A stretch of 64,000 bases of DNA from an uncultured delta proteobacterium (GTDB lineage Bacteria; Desulfobacterota; Binatia; UBA9968): positions 24,006 to 88,005 of the forward strand of contig CAVUVW010000006.1 of assembly GCA_963745035.1 (NCBI GenBank), written 5' to 3'. The notes below the pieces were generated by a model, which saw only the letters and a program-made list of their open reading frames with translations, had not been told where the DNA came from and ran no database searches. This document shows, one piece after another, positions 41,827 through 52,181 of this stretch. Numbering within the stretch: the first letter of the stretch is position 1; each line of letters begins with the position of its first letter. The position numbers were made by a program, and so were the translations under genes.

Positions 41827-44070
41827 CTAAGCCTTCCCATTGAGCGCCCGGTAAATTTTCTCAGCCGTGAGCGGCAATTCGTACAGCCTGACGCCGCATG
41901 CGTCCGCAATGGCATTGGCAATGGCTGCCGCCGTCGGCACATTTGGATTCTCCGCAATTGCCTTGCCTCCGAAGGGCGTCGGTCCGGTCGGGCTTTCCAC
42001 CAGCACGGTCTTTAACGGCGGCACGTCGGTGATACACGGCAATTTGGATTCCCCTAAAGTTAAGGTTGTAATCTTGCCGTCAATCATCGGATTTTCTTCC
42101 ATTAGCGCGAAGCCCACCCCGGTAACGATACCGCCCTCGATTTGACCCGTCAGGGTCAGATGGTTCAGCACGGTACCAGTGTCATGCGCCGAGGTTAGAC
42201 TCAAGACTTTGACGCCGCCGGTCGTGGGATCGACCTCGACTTCAGCCACCTGCGCGGCAAAGCCGGTTACTTTGGGCATATCTTTCGGCACGAAGTTGGT
42301 GAGATGAAACACCGGACCGCCGTTTTCTTTGACCGTCAGCGCGATCATTTTTTCCGTGGTTGTTGATTGTTTGTTCGGCGCGACGAGCTTGCCACCCTGC
42401 TGCTGAATTTCCGCGGGTTGGCAACCCAGCTCGCGCGCCGCCAAAGCGATTAGCTTGTCGCGCACTTCCTGCGCTGACTTGTATACAGCATGGCCCGAAG
42501 TATTGGTCTGCTTGCTCCCGCCCGTACCGGGATCGAAAGGCAGGCTATCGGTATCTTTGTAGACGACTCCGACCTTCTCCGGCGGCAGGCCGAGCGTCTC
42601 GCAGACCATCTGCTGGCTGACCGTGTAGTAACCCGGCCCGACGTCGGGAACACCGGTTAGGATGTTCACCTTGCCGTCCACTCCCAAGATGAGCGCCGAG
42701 CTGGCTTTGCCTTCCGGCGTACCGCGATCGTAGAGCGCCATGCCCCAGCCACGGTTCTTCTTCGCCCCGTTCTTTTTCCATCCGGAGGTTTTAACCGCCC
42801 GCTCCAGCACATCGCCCATCAGGATGTCGCTCCACTTTTCACCCATGGGATTGGCGTCGCCGTCGTGTAGGATGTTTCTCCGGCGCAGCTCGAGGGCATC
42901 GATTCCCATCTCCTTGGCGATGATGTCCATCTGCGACTCGAACGCGAATACTACCTGCGGACTTCCCGGCGTCCGGGTCTGGGTGCAAGGCACTTGATTG
43001 GTGTATGCGCAAAAGGTCCGCACGTCGATCGCTGGACAGCGATACATGCTCGCCAGGCGCCTGCCGCCCAAAACCGTCACCTGGGGATTGGCCTTTTGCG
43101 AGCCGTAAGCGCCGCCGCTGAAATAGATATCGCCTTTGACCGCCAGCAAAGTGCCGTCTGCGGCCACACCCGTCTTCAAAGTGATCACAGAGGGATGTCG
43201 GTGGCCGCCGGCGAGAAGTTCGTCGGTGTAGTCGAAAACCAACTTTACCGGCCGCTTCGTCGCCTTCGATAGATAATAGGCTACCGGCACGTCGATCAAC
43301 GAGGCCTTGGCGCCGAAGTCCCCGCCGACGTGGACAATATGGATTTTGATTTTTTCCTGCGGAATGCCGAAATCTTCCGCCATCTGCTCGCGCAAACCCC
43401 ACGGACCTTTGTTCGACGCCCACACTTCGACCCGCCCGTCGTCGTGCGTCTGCACCGTGCAAGCGCAGGGCTCGATATATCCGTGATGCGACAGCGGCGT
43501 GCGGAACGTGTGCTCGAACACGCGCGCCGCTTTGGCAAAACCGGCTTCGACGTCGCCGTTTTTCCATTGCACGTAGGATTGAAGGTTGTGCGGCGATAGC
43601 CCTTCCGGCAGTTTCGGTGAATTCTTGTATTTATTTCGGTCCTCGTGAATGAGAGGCGCGCTCGGCTTTAGCGCCTCGACGGGGTCCTCGACGTAGGGCA
43701 GCTCTTCATACTGCACATCGATTAATCCGATCGCTTCCTCCGCGATCTCCTCGTTGTCCGCCGCCAGAGCGGCTATCGCGTCGCCACCCGTCCGGACCTT
43801 GTCATAGGCCAGCACCGGCTGATCTTTCACTCGCGTGCCGACATAAACATCCTTGACGTCCGCGCCCGTCAGCACCGCGTGCACGCCTTTCAGCGCCTTC
43901 GCTTTTGATGTATCGATATTGGCGATGCGCGCATGCGGTACGGAGCTGCGCAAAACTTTCGCCCACAGAAGCCCGGGAAACTCCAAGTCCGCAGCATATT
44001 TCGTTTGTCCGGTTACTTTGCCGTAACCTTCGATGCGGGGTAGAGATTTACCTACGGTGCGATAAGCCAA
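41827..44070 (-). CDS. Xanthine dehydrogenase family Mo-binding subunit
   Basis: KVTG..KYAADL, VGGDFGAK, GQIEGG and PFGGKAIAE motifs. Confidence 0.92.
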   Translation of the reverse strand: MAYRTVGKSLPRIEGYGKVTGQTKYAADLEFPGLLWAKVLRSSVPHARIANIDTSKAKALKGVHAVLTGADVKDVYVGTRVKDQPVLAYDKVRTGGDAIAALAADNEEIAEEAIGLIDVQYEELPYVEDPVEALKPSAPLIHEDRNKYKNSPKLPEGLSPHNLQSYVQWKNGDVEAGFAKAARVFEHTFRTPLSHHGYIEPCACTVQTHDDGRVEVWASNKGPWGLREQMAEDFGIPQEKIKIHIVHVGGDFGAKASLIDVPVAYYLSKATKRPVKLVFDYTDELLAGGHRHPSVITLKTGVAADGTLLAVKGDIYFSGGAYGSQKANPQVTVLGGRRLASMYRCPAIDVRTFCAYTNQVPCTQTRTPGSPQVVFAFESQMDIIAKEMGIDALELRRRNILHDGDANPMGEKWSDILMGDVLERAVKTSGWKKNGAKKNRGWGMALYDRGTPEGKASSALILGVDGKVNILTGVPDVGPGYYTVSQQMVCETLGLPPEKVGVVYKDTDSLPFDPGTGGSKQTNTSGHAVYKSAQEVRDKLIALAARELGCQPAEIQQQGGKLVAPNKQSTTTEKMIALTVKENGGPVFHLTNFVPKDMPKVTGFAAQVAEVEVDPTTGGVKVLSLTSAHDTGTVLNHLTLTGQIEGGIVTGVGFALMEENPMIDGKITTLTLGESKLPCITDVPPLKTVLVESPTGPTPFGGKAIAENPNVPTAAAIANAIADACGVRLYELPLTAEKIYRALNGKA

Positions 44071-44095
44071 GATTCACCTCCAAACGTTGGGATAC

Positions 44096-44176
44096 GGAGT
44101 GATGGAGTATTGGAGTACTGGAGTATTGCGTTCTCCGGACCCATTACTCCATCACTCCAACACTCCACTACTCCAA
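44096..44176. repeat. 8-nt-period TGGAGTRN inverted repeat tract
   Basis: GGAGTGAT-GGAGTATT-GGAGTACT paired with ACTCCATC-ACTCCAAC-ACTCCACT; half copy at 51990-52024. Confidence 0.8.
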
Positions 44177-45289
44177 TTAATCATCTAAGTTGTAGAGCTG
44201 CGCGCAGTTGTCCCAAAGGATCTTTTTCCGGCTCTCGTTCGTGACCCCGTCCATCTCTAGGAACTCTTCCACTCCTTCTGGAAAATCCGAGTCGCCGTGC
44301 GGATAGTCGGTCGAGAAAACGATATTGTCGTCGCCGATCAGCTCGATGATCATCGGCAGCTCTTTTTCGTGCTCGGTGGAGATCCAGCACTGGCGTTTGA
44401 AATATTCGCTCGGTTTTAACTTCCCGGCTGTTGGAAAGCGCCCTTTCGCCATAGCGTTGTCCATGCGATGCAAAAGAAACGATGCCCAGCCGCAGTAGCA
44501 TTCCAAGAACGCCAGCTTCAATTTCGGATGCCGCTCGCAGACGCCGCCGCCGATGGTGTCGGCCATGGCCATCATGTTTTCCATCGGATGGGAGACCACG
44601 TGGCGCAGCAGCAAATTATCGCCGAAGCGATCGCCGATCTGCGGCACTTCGCCGGCGGCCGTCGCTGAATGAAATCCGAGCGGCACGCCAAGCTCTTCCA
44701 GCGCCGACCACAGGCTATCGAAGTAACGCGAGTGCCAGGGCAGATTGCGCAGCGGCTCGGGCCGGGCGAACGTCCCGATAAATCCGAGCTTTCCGACCGC
44801 CCGCTGCGCTTCCTTGACCGCTTCATTGGGATCATGGAGCGGCAGCATGGCCACGCCTTTCAATCTTTTCGGATCGGTCTGGCAGAAGTCATAGAGCCAA
44901 TTGTTATAAGCGCGCGCGATCGCGGCGGCGAGCTTCGGATCCATATCGTCGCGCATCATGATGCCCAGACCAATGGATGGATAGAGCGCCGCGACATCCA
45001 AACCTTCGCGGTCCATCGCCTGCAATTGCGTCTTGGCGTCAAAGCCGCGCGCGCGGTAGTCGGCGATTTCTTCATCGATCCGAGTGGCGTCGAATATCCC
45101 GCCGCGGTAACTTGGTTTGTAGCCCTGGAGAATCTTGCCTTCGATCAGCACCATCGCCGAGCTGCGCGCGGTGGAGCTAAGAATCTTCGGCGCCCTGTCG
45201 CGCCATTCGGCGTCCATATATTTGTCCCAGAGATCCGCCGGCTCGCGCAGATGCATATCGGAATCCAAGACTCTAAAGCCGGATTTCAT
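44177..45289 (-). CDS. Amidohydrolase_2 family protein
   Basis: LDSDMH..EP, AYNNWL and FSTDYPH motifs. Confidence 0.9.
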   Translation of the reverse strand: MKSGFRVLDSDMHLREPADLWDKYMDAEWRDRAPKILSSTARSSAMVLIEGKILQGYKPSYRGGIFDATRIDEEIADYRARGFDAKTQLQAMDREGLDVAALYPSIGLGIMMRDDMDPKLAAAIARAYNNWLYDFCQTDPKRLKGVAMLPLHDPNEAVKEAQRAVGKLGFIGTFARPEPLRNLPWHSRYFDSLWSALEELGVPLGFHSATAAGEVPQIGDRFGDNLLLRHVVSHPMENMMAMADTIGGGVCERHPKLKLAFLECYCGWASFLLHRMDNAMAKGRFPTAGKLKPSEYFKRQCWISTEHEKELPMIIELIGDDNIVFSTDYPHGDSDFPEGVEEFLEMDGVTNESRKKILWDNCAQLYNLDD

Positions 45290-45476
45290 GCTTAACTTAC
45301 TCCTTCTTTGTCGGACACGAGTATCACGATCCCGTATCGGGATGTCAACAATGCGAGGGACAAGACTATGTCGAAGCAGGCTACGGAGGATCGGGCTAAC
45401 TGAGGCAGAAACTTAATGGCTCTCGGCTCAAAGCCGAGGGATTCTGAATTTGTCGACGGGCGATCGATTCCTATTT

Positions 45477-45556
45477 CGTCATTCCCGCGCAGGCGGGAAT
45501 CTAGGCTATTTTTAGCCCCAAACCCAACCTGGATTCCCGTTTTCACGGGAATGACG
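45477..45556. repeat. Palindromic REP/dRS3-like repeat
   Basis: ATTCCCGCGCAGGCGGGAAT...ATTCCCGTTTTCACGGGAAT. Confidence 0.88.
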
Positions 45557-45618
45557 AAACAGAATACTAAATCCTTACTCGAATGGCTGCTCGTCTGACT
45601 TGGTCGACGTGCGCATCG

Positions 45619-46548
45619 TCACATCAGCTCGCGGACAAGCGATTGCGCGGCCTCCGGAGAAATTCCCAGCGGGCGGCGCGCCAGCGGTCCGCCTTCATCG
45701 AGCACCGGCTCCAACTGGTGCAGCGCCGGCAGATCATCTCGTTTCCAGAATAATCCAATGGCTATTTCGTCGCCCCATTCGTAGCCATACTTCATGGCGG
45801 CGGCGAAGTCGGTCGGATCATGCTTCTTATCTTCCAACTTGAACGTCCGTTGTTTGAAGAAGTCGTGATCGTTTTCGAGATTGAAGGTCACACACGGACT
45901 GAAAGCGTCGATGAGCGAAAACCCTCGATGCTGAATCCCGCCCTTGATCAGCTCGACCATGTGCTTCACCTGGCCCGTGTAAGCTCTCGCCACATACGTC
46001 GCTCCGGCGGCAATCGCCAGCGGAATCGGATTGATCGGATTCTCCACGCTTCCCGCCGGCGTGCTTTTGGTTTTCATGCCCTTGGTGCTGGTCGGCGACA
46101 GTTGTCCGGTGGTGAGACCGTAGATCTGATTGTTCATCACGATGTAAGTGACATCGACGTTGCGGCGCATCGAGTGAACGAAATGGTTGCCGCCGATACC
46201 GTAACCGTCGCCGTCGCCGCCGGTTACGATAATCTTGAGATTATGATTGGCCATCTGCGCGCCGGTTGCCACCGACAAGGCGCGGCCGTGCAGCGTGTGC
46301 ATGCCATAGGTGCTGATGTACCCTGGCAGGTTCGAGGAGCAGCCGATGCCGCTGATCACCATCGCATCGTGCGGGCGAACTCCCAGCTCCGCGAGCGCCT
46401 GCTTGAGCGCTACCAGGACGCCGAAGTCGCCGCAGCCGGGACACCAATCCGGTTCGGCCTTGCCTTTGAAATCCTTGACCGTTAGCGGCGCTGAACGCGG
46501 CGGCACGGAAGATTTCGCTTCAATTTCCACTGTAGACAATGTCATCAA
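45619..46548 (-). CDS. 2-oxoacid:ferredoxin oxidoreductase beta subunit
   Basis: WCPGCGDF, SGIGCS, GGDGD and NNQIYGLTTGQ motifs. Confidence 0.95.
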   Translation of the reverse strand: MMTLSTVEIEAKSSVPPRSAPLTVKDFKGKAEPDWCPGCGDFGVLVALKQALAELGVRPHDAMVISGIGCSSNLPGYISTYGMHTLHGRALSVATGAQMANHNLKIIVTGGDGDGYGIGGNHFVHSMRRNVDVTYIVMNNQIYGLTTGQLSPTSTKGMKTKSTPAGSVENPINPIPLAIAAGATYVARAYTGQVKHMVELIKGGIQHRGFSLIDAFSPCVTFNLENDHDFFKQRTFKLEDKKHDPTDFAAAMKYGYEWGDEIAIGLFWKRDDLPALHQLEPVLDEGGPLARRPLGISPEAAQSLVRELM

Positions 46549-46604
46549 TCACTCCTTTGACTCGTTGCGCCTTGATTTTATTCACCACGAAGCTCACGAA
46601 GGAC

Positions 46605-48278
46605 CCAGCGCGGCCGAGCCGCAACCAAAATGACAGATTGGTTTCATTGGTGTAAACGGTGCTCATGTCTACGATATACAATGCACCGACGAAAGAGGCT
46701 GCGCATGCCTTTGTACAGCGTCACAAAAGCGATGTCATCGGAGTTTTGCACGGTTGGGATCGATTGCGACTGCAAGGCACGCTTCGAAGTCTCTATTACC
46801 AGCCGGTGATGGAAGAGTACCTGAGGCAAGCAGGAGTTTTGTGGAAAGATTTCAAAATCTTCGCCACCACACTGACGGCTCGTGTGCGCCAAGCGGCAGT
46901 GGATCTGGCAGCGAAGCATCAGCGGCCGATGCTTTATCTTAACTCCAGCCGCACACGCAAGGAGGACGAGGCTCGCAAGATCCAGCAGCGTGACCAGATT
47001 GAGTTGGGGCTGATTGCTGTGTTTAGTTGCGTGGAGCCGTGCCGTACGTGGTTTTTGCGCGGCAATCGTATTACCCGAAAGCTTGAGCTTAGGCTTGAAT
47101 GGGGCAAGTGCATCCACCTGTACTTTTACTGGATGCATGAACAATTGGGATTTTTGCATCTTCGGTTGCAGACTTGGTTTCCTTTTCTGATTCAAATTTG
47201 TCTCAACGGACGAGGATGGCTGGCCCGGCAGATGGATCAGACCCAGCTGCGCTATCGGCGAGAGGATAACTGTTTTCCGTGGATTGACGATGTCTCGCGC
47301 GCCCAAGCACTGATGGATCAGCAACACCGCACCAATTGGCCCGTGCTTTTGCACCCACTGCTCAAAAAGTGCCACCCTTTGCACGCCGAGATTAGCCGTC
47401 CCATTGAGCGTGACTACTACTGGACGGCGGCCGAGACCGAGTACGCCACCGATGTTATGTTTCGTGACCGGGCCGCGCTCGGACGCATTTATCCCGCCTT
47501 GGTGCATCACGCGGTGATGACGTTTGGCAGTGAACAAGTGCTGCGGTTTATGCACCGCTCGGGACAGGTGGGTCTCCAAGACGTGCAAAGCGATCGGCGT
47601 CGCTGGCCTGACGGCGTCCGAGTCAAGCACTGGGTCAATAAGAACTCGCTTAAATGCTATGATAAGGGCAGTGTCTTGCGCGTTGAGGCAACGATCAATG
47701 AACCGAGAGATTTTCGCAGCTTTCGCGCCGCGGAGAAAAGTCCTGGCGGCCCTAAGCGCTGGCGCGAACTGCGCCGCAGCGTATCTGACTTTCACCGACG
47801 CTCTGAAGTGAGTCGGAAAGCCACCGAGCGATACCTTACCGCTCTGGCTTGTGTCCATGTGCAAACCCGGCTCGCCGAGCAAACCGCGCAAGTCTGCCGG
47901 CCCGTACGGCGGTACGGACGCCGTTACCGAGCGCTTAATCCTCTGGGAGAAGGCGATGCTCAACTCATGACCATCGTCAACCGTGGAGAATTTTCGCTCA
48001 ACGGGTTTCGCAACCGTGACCTGCGTTCCCATCTCTACCCTGCGATCAAGGACAAACAAAAGCAACACACAGAAATGGCGGCAGTGGGACGTCGCTTGCG
48101 GCTGTTGCGGGCGCATGGCTTGATTGCAAAAGTGCCCAAAACGCACCGTTACATCGTTACTGAAAAAGGTCGCAACATCATCACGGCGTTGTTGGCCGCG
48201 CGTAACGCAAGCACTGAGAAACTCACAGCTTTGGCCGCGTGATTTGCGCAGATGGAGAAAATTTTCAAGCATAGTAGT
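46605..48278 (+). mobile_element. IS-like element without terminal inverted repeats or target duplication
   Basis: Removing it rejoins CACGAAGGAC|ACGAAG and restores the arm complementary to CTTCGTGTCCTTCGTG near 48318-48333. Confidence 0.75.
46665..48242 (+). CDS. Putative transposase/Rep-like protein with C-terminal winged HTH
   Basis: About 525 aa filling the element; LKCYDKGSVLRVEATIN motif and wHTH LRLLRAHGLIAKV...Y.VTEKG. Confidence 0.7.
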   Translation: MSTIYNAPTKEAAHAFVQRHKSDVIGVLHGWDRLRLQGTLRSLYYQPVMEEYLRQAGVLWKDFKIFATTLTARVRQAAVDLAAKHQRPMLYLNSSRTRKEDEARKIQQRDQIELGLIAVFSCVEPCRTWFLRGNRITRKLELRLEWGKCIHLYFYWMHEQLGFLHLRLQTWFPFLIQICLNGRGWLARQMDQTQLRYRREDNCFPWIDDVSRAQALMDQQHRTNWPVLLHPLLKKCHPLHAEISRPIERDYYWTAAETEYATDVMFRDRAALGRIYPALVHHAVMTFGSEQVLRFMHRSGQVGLQDVQSDRRRWPDGVRVKHWVNKNSLKCYDKGSVLRVEATINEPRDFRSFRAAEKSPGGPKRWRELRRSVSDFHRRSEVSRKATERYLTALACVHVQTRLAEQTAQVCRPVRRYGRRYRALNPLGEGDAQLMTIVNRGEFSLNGFRNRDLRSHLYPAIKDKQKQHTEMAAVGRRLRLLRAHGLIAKVPKTHRYIVTEKGRNIITALLAARNASTEKLTALAA

Positions 48279-48374
48279 ACGAAGGGCTCGGATAACCAAA
48301 ACTCCGAACTTCGTGATCTTCGTGTCCTTCGTGGTGGAGACTCTTCCACGCTAAACCTAGAGTAAACGTCTTTT

Positions 48375-50168
48375 CTAGACCATAATCTCATGAACCGGCA
48401 CATATTGTTGTGTTTTGCCGGCCAAGATTGCCTTGACGCCGTCGACGATATGATGCGGCATGAACGGCTCGCCGTCATACTTGCGAATGTGACCGTCGGC
48501 GACGATACCGGTCTCCGAGCGCAGGTAACGCGCAAATTGCCCGCTGTAATTGTTTTCAACGATGATAACCTTTTTGTTTTTCGATAGCGCTGACGTGATC
48601 GCGCCGGCGTGGAGCGGCACGATCCATTTGATCTGGAGAAGATTGGCGGCTATGCCCTCCTCGTCTGCCAGCTTCTGTATCGCCTCTTGGACGACCCCTT
48701 GAGTGGAGCCCCAACCCAGTAAAGTTACCTGAGCGTCTCCGGCGCCCCACAGTTCCGGCGGATCGAGCAGGGGCAGAATCGCTTCCATCTTGCGCATGCG
48801 CTTTTCGTGCATCGCCTGGCGCTTGTGCGGATTGGTGTACTCGTCGCTGATCAGCACGCCGTCTTCGTCGTGATCATCGGTTGCGACGACATGCTCGAAG
48901 CCCGGCGTGCCCGGCAATGCGCGCGCCGAGATGCCGCTGTCGTTGATCTCGTAGCGTTTGTAGCCGCCGTTCAGCGGCGGCGTCGCGCCGTTTAGGCCGA
49001 TGACATCGCCCCGCTCGATCGGGACGTTGAAGTCTAGCTCCGCGGGATCCACACTCGACCGCCCTTCGGAGAGCAACAAATCCGAGAGAATGATCCCCGG
49101 ACACTGAAACTTGTCGACCAAGTTGAAAAGTTTCGGCACGGTCTTGAAACAATCGGGGATGGTCGTCGGCGCGACGATGATGCGCGGGTAATCGCCTTGT
49201 CCTGCGCCCATCACCTGCCAGAGATCGCCCTGCTCGGTTTTGGTCGGCACGCCCGTGGCTGGTCCCGCGCGCTGCACGTTGATGCAAACCACGGGGATCT
49301 CCATCATCGCCGCCGCGCCGAGCCCTTCGGTCATCAAAGCAAAGCCGCCGCCCGAGGTCGCGCACATGGCGCGGCATCCGGCATGGGCGGCGCCGATGGC
49401 CATGTTGATCACACCGATCTCGTCTTCGACCTGCCGCACCATGATGCCCAACTGCCGCGCGTGCCGCGCCATCCAGTGGAGCACGCCGGAAGACGGGCTC
49501 ATCGGATAGGCGCAATAGAAGCGCACTCCCGCCGCCGCGCCGCCCATCGCCAGCGCCTGGTTGCCTTCGAAGAACGCGAGCTTCTTTCCCGTGTCCGGCA
49601 GAGAGAACGGCAGACGGCTTGAAATGCGCGCCGGCATAGTCGTAACCGGCGCGCGCCACGCCGACGTTTTCGGCGACCACCGCCTCGCCTTTTCGTTTGA
49701 ACTGTAACGTGAGGATATCCTCGAGGATCTTGAACTCCACGCCGATCAAGCCGCAGCACGGCCGCCAGCGCAATCGTGTTTTGCACCAGGTCGCCTCTAA
49801 CCTTCGGCGCCAGCTCCTTTACCGAGAAAGGACAGAGCTGAACGCCGGCAGCAGCTTCGCCCGGCTTGATCTTGTCGCCGTTGTAAAGCACGGTGGAGCC
49901 CGATTTCATCAATCCCAAGTGACGATTCATCGTGTCTTGATTGAGCGGGATCATGATGTCGAGCTTGTCGCCGAAACTGAGCACCGGGCTCGTCGCTGGT
50001 GCGGAGCGTAAGAAAAATATGGCCGCCCCGGACAATGGATTGATACGCGTTGTAGGCATTCAGGTGCAATCCGCGGCGAACGAAAATCCGCGCCAGGATA
50101 TCGCCGGGCGTGGCAATCCCTTGACCTGCCGCGCCGCCGATCGCAATCGAAAGATCAACTTTTGCCAT
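48375..50168 (-). CDS. 2-oxoacid:acceptor oxidoreductase alpha subunit (frameshifted)
   Basis: GGAAGQG, GNQALA.G, AYPMSP, EDEI, TSGGGF and RAGPATGVPTKTEQGD motifs. Confidence 0.92.
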
Positions 50169-50200
50169 CCCAGTCCCCCCTTTTGACTCTTGTCCCTGTT

Positions 50201-50520
50201 TCACTTCGTTCCGGAGAAATTGCCCGCGGGCACTTTTTCCAAGATCTTATTCATCTCATCCGCCGAGAACGCCCTCATGGTTTGCGTGCGAATATTGCCG
50301 AGCGAGCCTACGCTCAAGGTAAAGGCCGTGATGCGTCTCCTCGTCCGGCGCGTCGGCGGTAAAGACCGCATCGAAAGCGCCCAGGGTCCAGTAGATTTCT
50401 TTGATGCGCACGCCAAGATTGGCGGCCGCGTTCATGAGCGCCTTTCGCTCGTTCTGTGGTCTGACGGATTTGGCGAACGCCTTGATCGGTAAAGTTTACG
50501 AGCGCGATATAGGTTGCCAC
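50201..50520 (-). CDS. GYD domain protein (frameshifted)
   Basis: MATYIALVNFTDQG...YWTLGAFD...GNIRTQTMRAFS. Confidence 0.8.
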
Positions 50521-50544
50521 TTCGAGCCTCCTTTTTTATCCCAC

Positions 50545-50594
50545 AAAATAAAAAGCCGGTCGTTCCTTGCGTGAAGACGCAGAAACGACCGGCT
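50545..50594 (-). terminator. Intrinsic-terminator-like hairpin in the GYD gene leader
   Basis: GCCGGTCGTT...AACGACCGGC followed by TTTTTATTTT. Confidence 0.7.
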
Positions 50595-50695
50595 CGACGG
50601 GATAATTGACCTTGTGACGATCACGCAGTGCTCTTCGCTCGAAGCTTCAGATCACGATGCCGTCTCAAGATGAGGGACTCTTGTTGTGTTCGCAG

Positions 50696-50724
50696 ACGCT
50701 ACCAACCTCCCCATAGGCTGTCAA
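50696..50724 (-). promoter_or_regulatory. Sigma70-like promoter
   Basis: TTGACA, 17 nt spacer, TAGCGT. Confidence 0.55.
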
Positions 50725-50876
50725 GTTGCTTTCTAAAGCGCGCCGTTCGTCTTCCGTTGATGATCCAGCGGCGACGGCGCAGGTTGCTCTTTTTGTTTGG
50801 CATACGGGTCCGATTTTAGTAACCAATGTACTGTTGCCGATGTGTGATGCAACGGCGCGAATACCGAGGAGGCTCC

Positions 50877-51986
50877 ATGTTCGATTTTCTTTTTCCCAAT
50901 CATCCTTTCGGCGGACACACGCTCAGACTGGTCGCCCAAGCGCAGCAAGGCGGCGGCGACGTTTTCGACATCGCCCGGGCCATGAAAAACGTCGAGCCCG
51001 GCGACAGGGACGCTTGGGAACGCGCATGGTTGGAGCTAGCGCAAAGGACCGAGGCGAGAGCCAAGGAAGCGCTGGCCGCCGGGCACCTCGGAACGGCGAA
51101 GCAATATTTTTTTCACGCGAGCAATTATTACCGCATGTCGGACGTGCTGCTGACGATCGCCGAGGAACCGAAGCGGCGCGAGCGCTTTAGCAAGTCGAGA
51201 GACAATTTTCGCGCCGCGATCGAGCTCCACCAGCCGAAGATCGAAGTCATTACCGTCCGCTGCGGCAATGAGGAATACGACGGCTACTTCTGCCACCCGG
51301 TCAATCCCAAACCTGGAAAATGGCCGGCCGTGCTCTTTCTCGGCGGTGCCGACGCTTACGCCGAAGAGATTTATTTCGGCGGCAAGCAGATGCTCGACCG
51401 AGGCTGGGCGATGCTGCTCGTCGATGCCCCGGGTCGCGGTTCCTCGATTTATTTGAAAGGCATCAAGACGAGGCCCGACTATGAAGTTCCGGGAAAGGCG
51501 TGCGTCGACTATCTGGTGTCGCGCCCCGAAGTCGATCCCGATCGCGTCGCGCTGCTTGGCATCAGCATGGCAGGCTATTATGCGCCCCGCGTGGCGGCAT
51601 TCGAAAAACGCCTCAAAGCTCTGGTCGCGTGGAGCGGCTGTTACAGCATCTTGGACGATCTTTATGACTTGTGCGTGCACTTGCAGCCGGTCTGCCAAAG
51701 ACTCCTCGGCGGCGTCAGCCATGAGGAAGCGCGCCGCTTGCTCAAAGACTTCACCATGGCGGGAATCGCCAAGAACATCACCTGCCCCACACTCATCACC
51801 CACGGCGACAAAGACACGTTGATGTCCGTGGAAGGCGCCAAGCGGCTATTCAACGAAATCGGCGCAAAAGACAAAACACTAAGGATCTATGGCGAGGAAG
51901 ATGGCGGCGGCCGCATCCATTGCAGCCACGACTACTGGGCGCACAATCTGCCCTACATGCTCGATTGGTTGGAGGAGAGACTGTGA
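50877..51986 (+). CDS. Alpha/beta hydrolase (FrsA/DHPON-hydrolase-like)
   Basis: GGAD...EE, D.PGRG, GISMAGYYAPR and HC motifs. Confidence 0.85.
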   Translation: MFDFLFPNHPFGGHTLRLVAQAQQGGGDVFDIARAMKNVEPGDRDAWERAWLELAQRTEARAKEALAAGHLGTAKQYFFHASNYYRMSDVLLTIAEEPKRRERFSKSRDNFRAAIELHQPKIEVITVRCGNEEYDGYFCHPVNPKPGKWPAVLFLGGADAYAEEIYFGGKQMLDRGWAMLLVDAPGRGSSIYLKGIKTRPDYEVPGKACVDYLVSRPEVDPDRVALLGISMAGYYAPRVAAFEKRLKALVAWSGCYSILDDLYDLCVHLQPVCQRLLGGVSHEEARRLLKDFTMAGIAKNITCPTLITHGDKDTLMSVEGAKRLFNEIGAKDKTLRIYGEEDGGGRIHCSHDYWAHNLPYMLDWLEERL

Positions 51987-52181
51987 AGATTGGAGTGATG
52001 GAGTAGTGGAATGTTGGAGTAATGGTTCTCGGATTAACGCGAGTGATTCTCTTCCACAATCCGATTCCTTCCCCTCGACGGGGGAAGGTTAGGATCAGGG
52101 GTGCTCGAGCGAAGTCGAATCACCCCTTCCTTAATCCTTCCCCGTCAAGGGGAAGTAACAAAATTCAAGGAGGGTTATTAG

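Noticed and set aside
44096-44176. Periodic repeats as a CRISPR array
   Set aside because: Units are 7-9 nt with no unique spacers, and there are no cas genes.
46644-48299. 551-aa antisense ORF, and other long shadow ORFs such as 1826-3145 and 4259-5764
   Set aside because: They mirror real genes in GC-rich DNA and have no recognisable motifs.
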